Of a DNA stretch of 64,000 nucleotides, positions 37,578 through 46,766 are shown piece after piece (the stretch's first letter is position 1; every line of letters begins with the position of its first letter). The translations under genes were made by a program, and so were the position numbers. Source of the DNA: Gemmatimonadota bacterium (GTDB lineage: Bacteria; Gemmatimonadota; Gemmatimonadetes; Palauibacterales; KS3-K002); contig JBDHJS010000006.1 in assembly GCA_039586795.1 (NCBI GenBank), forward strand, positions 1 through 64,000, given 5' to 3'. The notes under the pieces are model-generated. The model was not told where the DNA came from, searched no databases, and saw nothing but the letters and a program-made list of their open reading frames with translations.

Positions 37578-38548
37578 TCTTCGAGTCGCCCTGGGCGTTC
37601 TCCCTGCTGGGCATCTTCCCCCTCTGGTGGCTTTGGCGCAAAGAACTCGGCGGTTTCCGCTACTCCCGCGGCGACGTCGCGGCACGTTCCGGTCGGCGGG
37701 TGAACCGCTGGATCGGCTCGTTGCCCGCCGTTCTGCGCGGACTTGCCGTGCTGACTCTCATCGTGGCGCTCGCTCGCCCGCAGACGGGTGTCGCCACGGA
37801 AGAGGTGGAAGCGGAGGGGATCGCTATCGCGCTGGTGGTCGACATATCGAGCTCGATGCTTGCCCTCGATATGCAGCCACTCGACCGACTCGAGGTCGCG
37901 AAGCGTACGGTGCTCGAGTTCGTGATGAACCGGGAGTACGATCGAATCGCGCTCGTCGCGTTCGCCGGCGAGGCGATGACCCAGGTGCCGTTGACCATTG
38001 ACTATCAGGTACTCGAGGAATCGATCAACAACCTCCAGGTCGATTTGCTGGAGGACGGTACCGCCATCGGTACCGCGTTGGCCACGGCGACGAATCGGCT
38101 ACGTAGATCGCCGGGCGCTTCCAAGGTCGTCATCCTGTTGACCGACGGTGAGAACAATCAGGGTGAGGTCGACCCGGTCACCGCGGCCCGCGCCGCGGCT
38201 GCCTATGACATACGGACCTATACTGTGGGCGTCGGCAGCGAGGGCGTCGCGCCCGTACCGATCGGCCGCGGACCGTTGGGCACCGAGTACGCGAACATGC
38301 GCGTCCGACTCGATGAAGATCTGCTGCGTCGCATCGCATCGATCACCGGCGCGCAGTACTTCCGCGCAACGAACGCAACGGCTCTCGAAGAGATCTATCG
38401 GCAGATCGACGAACTCGAGAAGACGCCCGTGAATGTCCGCCGCTATATCGAGTTCAGCGAGCATTTCCGACCGTTTGTCTTGCTCGCCTGCCTGTTCATC
38501 CTGGCGGAGTGGATGCTGCGCGTCCGCCGTTACCCGTTGTATGCGTGA
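37574..38548 (+). CDS. batA: BatA-like VWA protein
   Basis: N-terminal FESPW, LARPQ, DISSSM MIDAS, GTAIG, LLTDGENN. Confidence 0.88.
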   Translation: MIFESPWAFSLLGIFPLWWLWRKELGGFRYSRGDVAARSGRRVNRWIGSLPAVLRGLAVLTLIVALARPQTGVATEEVEAEGIAIALVVDISSSMLALDMQPLDRLEVAKRTVLEFVMNREYDRIALVAFAGEAMTQVPLTIDYQVLEESINNLQVDLLEDGTAIGTALATATNRLRRSPGASKVVILLTDGENNQGEVDPVTAARAAAAYDIRTYTVGVGSEGVAPVPIGRGPLGTEYANMRVRLDEDLLRRIASITGAQYFRATNATALEEIYRQIDELEKTPVNVRRYIEFSEHFRPFVLLACLFILAEWMLRVRRYPLYA

Positions 38549-38579
38549 TGGTGCGATTGTCGTGTAATGGAGGTAGAGC

Positions 38580-39593
38580 GTGAGGATCGAATATCCGGTT
38601 TGGATCTGGCTGGGAATCCTGGCCGCTCTGGCGGGTATCGCCCTCGTCTACCTCTGGTACAAGCGACGACGCGCCGCACTCGATGCCCTGGGCAGTTCGG
38701 GAATGCTCGAACGCCTGACCCGCATCGATCTCTCGGGCACCCCATATCGGCGTGGCGCGCTGGTCGCCGCCGCCCTCGGTCTCATGGGCTTCTCCCTCGC
38801 CGGCCCGCAGTGGGGAGCGCAGGAGGTGGAGGAGCAGGCTCGCGCACTGAGCGTCGTCCTCGTGCTCGATATCTCCGAGTCGATGTGGGCGGAGGATGTA
38901 GCGCCGAACCGCTTCGAACGAGAACGATTGCAGGGTCGCCGGCTCGTGACGGAGTTGGCCGGCCACCGGGTCGGCCTGGTAGCATTCGCCGGCTCCGCCT
39001 ATCGCCTCTCACCACTGACCAGCGATCACGGGGCGCTGCAGCTCTATCTGGATGCCCTCGATCCATCGATGGCGGGCACGCCCGGCTCTTCGCTGGCGGC
39101 GGCAATTCGCCAGGCGGCTACCCTGCTGCGCGACGATACCGCCGAGGGGGGTGACCGGGCCATCGTGATTCTCAGTGACGGAGAATCGCATGACGAAGAG
39201 CGAGATGTTATCGATGCGGCTCGCGAAGCGGCGTCCGCGAACATCCGCGTCTACGCCATCGGCATCGGGAGCGATCGCGGCGAGCCGATCCCACGATACG
39301 ATCGGGTCGGCGAGCGAATCGGCGGGTACAAGCGCGACGAGAACGGTGAAGTCGTGTTGACGCGCATGTCGTCCGAACCGCTGTCCGCGGCGACGCGGCG
39401 CGCTGGCGGATTCTGGGCTCGCTCCGATGAAGGTGGCGTGACCCGCGTGCTCGCCGCGCTGTCCGAGCTCGAGACGGGTCGGAGCGAAGTGACCCGCGGA
39501 GTGCGTTGGACGCCGCGCTTCCAGTGGTTCGTCGCCGGCGCGCTGCTCCTGCTGATCGCCGACTGGGGTTGGGCTTGGAGGCGCCAGCGATGA
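38580..39593 (+). CDS. batB: BatB-like VWA protein
   Basis: GPQWG, LDISESM, PLTSD, LSDGESH. Confidence 0.85.
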   Translation: MRIEYPVWIWLGILAALAGIALVYLWYKRRRAALDALGSSGMLERLTRIDLSGTPYRRGALVAAALGLMGFSLAGPQWGAQEVEEQARALSVVLVLDISESMWAEDVAPNRFERERLQGRRLVTELAGHRVGLVAFAGSAYRLSPLTSDHGALQLYLDALDPSMAGTPGSSLAAAIRQAATLLRDDTAEGGDRAIVILSDGESHDEERDVIDAAREAASANIRVYAIGIGSDRGEPIPRYDRVGERIGGYKRDENGEVVLTRMSSEPLSAATRRAGGFWARSDEGGVTRVLAALSELETGRSEVTRGVRWTPRFQWFVAGALLLLIADWGWAWRRQR

Positions 39594-40306
39594 GGACGAT
39601 CGGGCTGGTCCTGCTGATGGGCGTCGCGCTGCTCGGTTTCCGACTCGCTACACAGGAAGAGTCGGGCAACCGGGCCTACCGCAACAGAAACTACCCGGGT
39701 GCGGTCGAGCGCTATCGCGAGGCTGTCGCTCGTGGCGGAGGCTCCGCACGGCTGCAGTACAACCTGGGGACGGCATTGCTGCAGATGTCCGAGCCGGAGG
39801 CGCGTGAGCGCTTGATGGAAGCATTGGAGGCGCAATCGCCTGAACTCCGCGCTCGCGCCTTCTATAACCTCGGCAATGCCCTCGCCCTCGGGTCGGGAGG
39901 AGCGCCCCCCAACGAAGGTGAGTTGCGTGCCGCCATCGATGCGTACCGCAGGTCGTTGCTGCTCGACCCGACTGGCGACAACGTGAGATGGAACCTCGAG
40001 CTGGCCATGCGCCGCTTGGAGGATCGGCAGGGGAGCCCGCAGCAAGAAGGGCCGCCTCAGCAGTCTCCCAACGTACCTCCCCAGGGCCAGGGTGAAGGGC
40101 CGGAGCAACCCAGGGGAGAAGGCCAGACCGCGCCTCAGCCGGGAGAGATGCAGCGACCTCGAGGGCAGCAGCTCGATTCTTCGGACGAGCCGTTCCCCCA
40201 GGAGCTTGCCGAGCAGATCTTGAGAGCGGTGGAAGAGCGTGAGCGGGCGCTGCAACGCGAGAAGCTGCGTCGTCAGCGCAGACGGACCAGGGGGCCCGAC
40301 TGGTGA
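39590..40306 (+). CDS. batC: BatC-like TPR protein
   Basis: YNLGT/YNLGN TPRs, WNLEL, Gln/Pro-rich linker, terminal DW. Confidence 0.8.
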   Translation: MRTIGLVLLMGVALLGFRLATQEESGNRAYRNRNYPGAVERYREAVARGGGSARLQYNLGTALLQMSEPEARERLMEALEAQSPELRARAFYNLGNALALGSGGAPPNEGELRAAIDAYRRSLLLDPTGDNVRWNLELAMRRLEDRQGSPQQEGPPQQSPNVPPQGQGEGPEQPRGEGQTAPQPGEMQRPRGQQLDSSDEPFPQELAEQILRAVEERERALQREKLRRQRRRTRGPDW

Positions 40307-42732
40307 TCAAGAACCTCCTTCTGGTGCTTCTAGTGCCGACCCTGGGGCAGCAGGGCGAGGTGGAGGTGAGCGCCAGCCTCAACCGGCCCACAGCCAGCGT
40401 CGGCGAGACCGTAGCGATGACCGTCACGCTGCGGGCGCCCGGTCTGCGCAGTTGGGAGATCGAGGATCCGACGTTCGAGTCACTGGAGCTGGTCTCATCG
40501 AACGACCGCAACACGTTCCGCTTCTCCGCCTCGCTGGGCGCGGTTCGCGAGTTGTCTCGCGAGTACACGCTCCGCGTTCTGCAGCCGGGTGAGATCACGA
40601 TCCCGCCGGTACGCATCACCGTCGAAGGCGTGATCTACGAGACCGAGGCCTTGAGGCTGACGGCCGAGGCAGCCGGCACTTCGGCGGCGATCCCTAGGGG
40701 TGTTCGCCCGCGACCGGAAGAAGAGGTGGCGGTCCGGCTGTGGGCCGAGCCGGACACCGCCTTCGTTGGCCAGCAGGTCACCCTCACCGTGGGTGCGTTC
40801 TTCGATCCTCTGGTACGTAGTCGCTTGCAGCGTCAGCCCGAGTACCGGCCGCCGGACGTGCAGGGATTCTGGACGGCTGATTTGCCGGGCACTCCCCGGC
40901 CTGAACGGCGGGTGGTGAGTGGACGCGAGTACTTCATCCAGATCTACAGACGTGCGCTGTTTGCCCTCAGCCCGGGAACGATACGGATCCCGCCGGCCGC
41001 CGTGATCTACGAAGTGCGCCGCGGACTGATCTACGCGCCCGAGACGTTCCAGGTCGAGAGCGCCCCGGCATCGGTGGTCGTGTTGCCGCTTCCCGCGGAA
41101 GGTGCGCCCCCTGAATTCGCCGGCGCCGTCGGCCGCTACGAGACGGAGATCTGGTTCGACCGATCCGACCTGCGGGCCGGTGAAGCGGTGCACCTGTGGC
41201 TCGATGTTCAGGGCTCCGGCAACCTCAGCTCCCTCGCCCGGCCGACGATGCCCGAGGTGCCCGGGATGCGCGTTTACGACGGCGGTGAGGAAGCCGAGGT
41301 CCAGCTGCGGGGAACCGAGTTTGCTGGGCACAAGCGCTTCTCCTGGGTGCTGGTTCCCGAGCGACCCGGTCAATTCGTGCTGCCTGAATTGCGCTTGCCC
41401 TACTTCGATCCCTGGGAGAGAAACTACGTTGTCGCCAGCACGGAGCCCGTGACGCTGAACGTCGAGCCGGCGCTCTCCGCCGGCGTCGCGCCGGCCACCG
41501 GAGGAACCGCGGTTCGCTTCGTGAGGGCGGAGCCGGGAAGGCAGCCCGCCAACCTGCCGGACCGGCGTGGCTTCTGGATCGTCCAGATCGTTCCGCTCGC
41601 GATCCTCCTCGGTTCGCTGGCGTTCGGCCGCTACCGTGGCCGGATTCCGGCAGCGCGGCGCTCCCGGCCCCAGCGTCGTCAGCACGTGCTCCGCGAGCTG
41701 CGTCCGATAGCCGAATCGGGCGACGCCGCCTTCTTCGGACAGCTGCGTGTGTCGATACTCGAGTGGTTGGCCACGCGGCTCCATCACCCTGGTTTGACCA
41801 CGCAGGGGGCGGTGCAGGTTCAGCACGCGCTGGAGGACGCCGGCGTACCCACCGCACTGGCGCTCCAGGTCAATGACCTGCTCGAACGATGCGGCCGCCT
41901 GCGCTACGCTCCGGATCCGCCCGGCGCCGAAATCGCTCTATCGACGCTGGCCGAGGCGGACAAGCTGATGTCGGCCATCGACCGCGAAGCGGTCTCGGAA
42001 AGACGTTTGCGAACGGCGCGTCCCGGAGGCTCGTCGGCGGCCGTAGGTCTGGCTCTGTTGTTGCTGCTGCCAGCACAATCGGCGGGGCAGAGATCGGACG
42101 AGCGACTGTTCCGCGATGGGGTGAGCGCCTATTCCCGGGCGTCGTACAGAGAGGCGGCGGAACTCTTCGAGCTCTACCTGGCTCGCCATCCTCAGGACCC
42201 GAACGCCCTCTTCAATTTGGGCGACGCCTACTACGAGTTGGGCGAGCGCGGTAAAGCGGTGGCCTATTGGGTGCGAACGCTACGCTTGCGTCCGCGCGAC
42301 GAAGACGCTCGCTACAACCTCCGGATGATCGTCGGCGAAGACCCGGTCGTCGGAAGCACGCTCAACCCGTTGCCGCTGTCGCGCGACGAGATGGCGCTGC
42401 TCTTCTCGCTGTTCTGGATTGGCGGCTGCGTCGCGTTCATCCTCCGACGGCGCCGCCGAAAGGGGTTTCTCGCCTTCGCCGGCGGCACATCGATGCTGAT
42501 CGCATTGCTCTGCGCCGCACTACTCTTCTATCCGCGCTCCGACTACGCGATCATCGCCAGCCACGAAGCCGTGCTGCGCGCCGGCCCCGTCCGCCAGAGC
42601 GAGATCCTCGGCTCGCCCACCCAGGGCACCGCCTATCGCGTGACCGAGCGCCGGGAGGAATGGCTGCGGGTTTCGAGGGGAGGGGACAGTGAGGGGTGGA
42701 TTGAGGAGGGGCAGATTGAGTTGATTGACTAG
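40303..42732 (+). CDS. BatD-like protein fused to BatE-like TPR + SH3 module
   Basis: Repeated BatD beta domains (FAGAVG, GSGN, PYFDP), TM, TPR (FNLGDAYY), TMs, SH3-like end (EWLRV...EGWI). Confidence 0.8.
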   Translation: MIKNLLLVLLVPTLGQQGEVEVSASLNRPTASVGETVAMTVTLRAPGLRSWEIEDPTFESLELVSSNDRNTFRFSASLGAVRELSREYTLRVLQPGEITIPPVRITVEGVIYETEALRLTAEAAGTSAAIPRGVRPRPEEEVAVRLWAEPDTAFVGQQVTLTVGAFFDPLVRSRLQRQPEYRPPDVQGFWTADLPGTPRPERRVVSGREYFIQIYRRALFALSPGTIRIPPAAVIYEVRRGLIYAPETFQVESAPASVVVLPLPAEGAPPEFAGAVGRYETEIWFDRSDLRAGEAVHLWLDVQGSGNLSSLARPTMPEVPGMRVYDGGEEAEVQLRGTEFAGHKRFSWVLVPERPGQFVLPELRLPYFDPWERNYVVASTEPVTLNVEPALSAGVAPATGGTAVRFVRAEPGRQPANLPDRRGFWIVQIVPLAILLGSLAFGRYRGRIPAARRSRPQRRQHVLRELRPIAESGDAAFFGQLRVSILEWLATRLHHPGLTTQGAVQVQHALEDAGVPTALALQVNDLLERCGRLRYAPDPPGAEIALSTLAEADKLMSAIDREAVSERRLRTARPGGSSAAVGLALLLLLPAQSAGQRSDERLFRDGVSAYSRASYREAAELFELYLARHPQDPNALFNLGDAYYELGERGKAVAYWVRTLRLRPRDEDARYNLRMIVGEDPVVGSTLNPLPLSRDEMALLFSLFWIGGCVAFILRRRRRKGFLAFAGGTSMLIALLCAALLFYPRSDYAIIASHEAVLRAGPVRQSEILGSPTQGTAYRVTERREEWLRVSRGGDSEGWIEEGQIELID

Positions 42733-42790
42733 CTGTTGATGAGTGTGATTATGCCTTGGACATCAAAAGTCAGGGATTAGAAGTCACTAC
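42731..42790. repeat. Family B repeat, partial copy
   Basis: agctgttgatgagtgtgattatgccttggaca vs agttgttgatgagtgtgattgaaccttggaca at 62191. Confidence 0.75.
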
Positions 42791-42792
42791 CC

Positions 42793-43428
42793 TCACTCCT
42801 CGACCAGAGGCACAAACCGACACCGCGTAATAAACCGCTCCCGAAACGCGCCCCCCTCCCGCCGAATCTCATAAAGATCCTGATCCACCCTCCCACCCAC
42901 CGGAATCACAAGCGATGCCCCATCCGCCAATTGCTCCAACAACGGCTCCGGCACATTCGTCGCGCCTGCCGTCACCAGAATCCCGTCAAACGGCGCCTCC
43001 TCCGGCCAGCCTTTCGATCCATCCCCAACTCTAAACTCGATATTCGTGTATTCGAGCTCCCCTAGGACCCGACGAGCCTCGACCGCCAGCTCATCGAGCC
43101 TTTCAATCGTGTAGACGCGCTCCACGATCTCGGCCAGGATAGCTGTCTGGTAGCCGCTACCGGTTCCGACCTCCAGGATCCGGCAGTCCGGCGTCAGCCG
43201 CAGCGCTTCCGTCATCGCCGCAACCATATAAGGCTGTGATATCGACTGGCTCGACCCGATGGGCAGTGCGGAGTCTTCGTAGGCAAAGTTGTAATGGGTG
43301 CCGGGAACGAAGCGGTGGCGCTCGACGCGTTCCATGGCTGAGAGGACCCGGAGATCGGCGACACCACGGCGCCGGATCTGCTTCTCGACCATCTCCTGAC
43401 GCGCTGCAGCGTGATCGTATTCGCTCAA
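42793..43428 (-). CDS. pcm: Protein-L-isoaspartate O-methyltransferase
   Basis: RHRFV, ISQPYMVA, LEVGTGSGYQ, GDGSKGW, FVPL; start reassigned to TTG 43428. Confidence 0.93.
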   Translation of the reverse strand: MSEYDHAAARQEMVEKQIRRRGVADLRVLSAMERVERHRFVPGTHYNFAYEDSALPIGSSQSISQPYMVAAMTEALRLTPDCRILEVGTGSGYQTAILAEIVERVYTIERLDELAVEARRVLGELEYTNIEFRVGDGSKGWPEEAPFDGILVTAGATNVPEPLLEQLADGASLVIPVGGRVDQDLYEIRREGGAFRERFITRCRFVPLVEE

Positions 43429-43535
43429 GTTCTTGTTGCTCCGCTGGTCTGGCGGGCCTGCGTCATACTGAGAGGCTAGCTGTAGTTCCGCAAGCGCTTG
43501 ACCCGGGATCGGATCCGCCGATAGGTTCGACCGAA

Positions 43536-44591
43536 ATGAACACACCGAGCTCGAAACGAGTACGCCTCACTCAGTACAGTCACGGCGCCGGTTGAGCTTG
43601 TAAGCTAGGTCCGGCGGACCTGGCCAAAGCGCTCGAAGCTCTCGGTGGCACCAGCCCGACTTCAGAGGTGCTGATCGGCCTCGATGCCCCCGACGACGCC
43701 GCCGTATATGCTTGGGACGATGAGCGGGCGATCGTTTCGACCGTCGATTTCTTCACGCCGATCGTCGACGACCCGTACACTTTCGGGGCGATCACCGCCG
43801 CCAACGCGATGAGCGACATCTACGCCATGGGCGGCGTTCCCCTCTTCGCCCTCAACATCGTCGCCTTCCCCAGCGGCGAGCTCGATTCGGGTATCCTGAC
43901 CGAGATCCTGCGGGGCGGCCGCGACAAGGCGGCGGAAGCGGGCGTCGCGATCATCGGCGGTCACTCCATCGACGACAAGGAGCCGAAGTACGGTCTGGCC
44001 GTCGTCGGCTCAGCGCCACCCGGCTCTCTGCTCCTTAAGAGCGACGGCCGGCCCGGCGACCGTCTCGTGCTGAGCAAGGCCATCGGGATCGGTATCATCG
44101 CCACGGCCATCAAAAGCGAAGCGGCGCCCAAGGAAACCGAGGATGCGGCCGTCGCGTCGATGCTCAAGCTGAACGATCGCGCCCTCGCGGCGGCGCGCCG
44201 TTACGACGTCGGCGCCGTCACCGATGTGACCGGGTTCGGACTGCTCGGCCACCTCCACGAGCTGGCGCGTATGAGCGGGCTCGCCGCCCGTGTCGAGTCG
44301 AGTGCCGTCCCCGTTCTCCCCGGCGCCCGCGATCTCCTCGCCGCCGGCCACGTTCCGGGCGGCACGCGCCGCAACCTCGAGTTCGTGAATGGGCTGACTG
44401 ACTGGGGGACCGATCTCGACGAGAGCGAGCGCACGCTGCTCTGCGATGCCCAGACCTCGGGCGGCCTGCTCATATCCGTATCCGCGTCGGACGCGCCGGC
44501 GCTCGTTCAGGCGCTGGTCGACGAGGGACACGCCGCCGCCGAGATCGGCGAGCTGTTCGACGGCGACGTCGGATCGATCGAAGTGCGATGA
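43536..44591 (+). CDS. selD: Selenide, water dikinase; selenoprotein with in-frame UGA at 43593-43595
   Basis: RLTQYSHGAG-U-ACKLGP in frame with DDAAVY, TVDFFTP, ANAMSDIYAMGG, GGHS, TDVTGFGL, DAQTSGGLL. Confidence 0.93.
43596..43630 (+). promoter_or_regulatory. Bacterial SECIS-like hairpin
   Basis: gctaggtcc-GGC-ggacctggc stem; G-containing apical loop 17 nt after the UGA. Confidence 0.7.
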
Positions 44592-45250
44592 ACGGGCCGC
44601 TCAGCATCCGGGAGATTGCACGTCGAACCGGGGTGCCCGAATCAACGCTTCGTTATTATCGCAGCATCTTCGCCGAGCACATCCCCACCGACGGTGCCGG
44701 ACGTAGTCGCCGACACCCGGACGATGCCGTCCAGGTCTTCAAGCTCATCTCCAGCATGTTCGCCAGGGGCGCCTCCCGGGCATCCGTTCGCGACGAGCTC
44801 GAGAGCCTCCGCCTCAACGGCGAGCCGCTGGTAACCCGCGGATCACCCGACGCGAACCCCCACGATGAGACCGCAACGCGCTACGAGATCACGCGGGCGG
44901 AAACCCAGCTGCCGAGACAGGATCTGGAAAGCCTCATCACCGCCATGCTGATTCGTGATCGCGAGCTCGTCACCATGCACCGCGAGCTCCTCGAGATGGC
45001 CGGCCAACTGCTCCACGCCGTCGGCCGCCTCGCCGGCGCGCGCCCCGCCGCCCCGTTCGCCCCCGAAGCCGCCATCCCGCCACCACGAGAGGAAGAAACC
45101 GCCGCCTCACCCGACGACGACCCCCTCGAGCTAGAGAAACTCCGCCAAAGCCTGGCTAAAGAAAGGGATATGGTCGAGCGCCTACGACACGCCCGCCTGG
45201 AACTAGAACAAAGACTGGCAAAACTGGAGAGAGAAAAACGAAAAGGCTAG
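44588..45250 (+). CDS. MerR-type HTH protein with C-terminal coiled coil
   Basis: SIREIARRTGVPESTLRYY; ATGA overlap with selD stop. Confidence 0.8.
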   Translation: MNGPLSIREIARRTGVPESTLRYYRSIFAEHIPTDGAGRSRRHPDDAVQVFKLISSMFARGASRASVRDELESLRLNGEPLVTRGSPDANPHDETATRYEITRAETQLPRQDLESLITAMLIRDRELVTMHRELLEMAGQLLHAVGRLAGARPAAPFAPEAAIPPPREEETAASPDDDPLELEKLRQSLAKERDMVERLRHARLELEQRLAKLEREKRKG

Positions 45251-45304
45251 TTCCGGTTCCGCGAATCCAGAATGAGGGATTCGTTGAATCCACTTCGACA
45301 ATTC
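45250..45304. repeat. Family D repeat, copy 3
   Basis: gttccggttccgcgaatccagaatgagggattcgttgaatccacttcgacaattc. Confidence 0.8.
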
Positions 45305-45313
45305 AAGAGCAAA

Positions 45314-46756
45314 TCACCGCCGCCAAAACTCCGGATGAAACAACACCAACACCGTATATATCTCCAACCGCCCCATAACCATCAACACACTCAACACAAC
45401 CTTCCCCATCCCCGGCATCCAAGCATAGTTCCCCGTCGGCCCCACCTCCCCTAATCCCGGCCCGATATTCCCAATCGCCGCCGCCGCCGCTCCCGCCGCC
45501 GTCACAATGTCGACTCCCAGCACCGTCAACAGCATCGCTCCCACTATGAACGACGCCACGAACAGCAGCATGAACGCCAGGATGTTCAGGATCACGCCTT
45601 CCGGCACCACATGTCCGCCTACCCGCGTCACCATCACCGCCCGCGGGTGCAGGTGCTTGCGCAGCTCCACCACGCCCTGCTTGAGCGCCGCCCAGAGTCG
45701 CAGCGTCTTCATGCCGCCGCCCGTCGAGCCCGCCATGCCGCCCACGAACATCAAGAAGAACAGCACGACCTGCGTGATGCCCGGCCAGATGACGTAGTCG
45801 GCGGTCGCGTAGCCCGTCGTCGTCCCGATGGAAACGACCTGGAAGGCGGACGCTCGGAAGATCTCCTCTACCGAGTCGTAGGCGCCGCTCACCAGGTGGG
45901 CTGTGAGCAACACGACGATACCCGCGGCGAGGATTAGCGAAAAGAAACGCCACTCCTCGTCGCCCAACATCGCCTTCAGGCTCCGGTTCTTGTAGGTCCG
46001 AAAATGAAGTGAGAAGTTGACGCCGGCCAGATACATGAAGACGATCGTCACGTACTGGTGATAGGCCGAGTAGTAGCCGATCGACTCCGTGCGCGGTGAG
46101 AAGCCGCCCGTTGGCATCGTGCCGAACGCGTGGCACAGCGCGTCGAACAGGCTCATGCCGCCGGCAAGGTACAGGACGGCCTGCGCCGCGGTCAGCGCCA
46201 CATAGACCCGCCAGAGGATCGACGCCGTCTGCCGGATCCGCGGCTGCAATCGCTCCGGCGTCGGCCCCGGCACCTCGGCGCGGAACAGCTGCATGCCGCC
46301 CACGCCCAGGTAGGGAAGCACCGCGACCACCAGCACGATGATCCCCATCCCGCCCAACCACTGGCTCAGGTCGCGCCAGAACAACAGGCCTTTGGAAAGG
46401 GAGCCGGGGTCGGGGAAGATCGATGCGCCGGTTGTCGTGAAGCCCGAGATCGATTCGAAGAACGCGTCCAGCGGTCCCGCCGCTCCGGCGATCCAGTAGG
46501 GAAGCGCCCCGAAGGCGGCGGCGCCGAGCCAGGCGAGGGTAACGATCAGGTAGCTCTCGCGGATCGTCAGGTCTTTGGGTCGCGGCGTCAATCGGTCGGC
46601 CGCCGTTCCCAGCACGATCGAGATCGCGCCGGCCTCCGCCAGCGCCAGCCAGTCCGAGCTTCCGTACAGCGCGGCCACGCCGGCGCAGGCCAGCATCGCC
46701 GCGCCGACCGCGGCGACGATCAGGCCGACGATGTGGACGACCTTTAGCGCGCTCAC
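45314..46756 (-). CDS. trkH: Trk potassium uptake membrane protein
   Basis: FESISGFTTTG, WLGGMGI, TGGFS, TTTGY, GGMAGSTGGG, GNIGPG, GRLE. Confidence 0.95.
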   Translation of the reverse strand: MSALKVVHIVGLIVAAVGAAMLACAGVAALYGSSDWLALAEAGAISIVLGTAADRLTPRPKDLTIRESYLIVTLAWLGAAAFGALPYWIAGAAGPLDAFFESISGFTTTGASIFPDPGSLSKGLLFWRDLSQWLGGMGIIVLVVAVLPYLGVGGMQLFRAEVPGPTPERLQPRIRQTASILWRVYVALTAAQAVLYLAGGMSLFDALCHAFGTMPTGGFSPRTESIGYYSAYHQYVTIVFMYLAGVNFSLHFRTYKNRSLKAMLGDEEWRFFSLILAAGIVVLLTAHLVSGAYDSVEEIFRASAFQVVSIGTTTGYATADYVIWPGITQVVLFFLMFVGGMAGSTGGGMKTLRLWAALKQGVVELRKHLHPRAVMVTRVGGHVVPEGVILNILAFMLLFVASFIVGAMLLTVLGVDIVTAAGAAAAAIGNIGPGLGEVGPTGNYAWMPGMGKVVLSVLMVMGRLEIYTVLVLFHPEFWRR

Positions 46757-46766
46757 GAAGCTTCGC

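Noticed and set aside
43536..43667. selD as a pseudogene or N-terminally truncated gene
   Set aside because: The stop is a TGA exactly at the catalytic Cys/Sec position, followed by a SECIS-like hairpin
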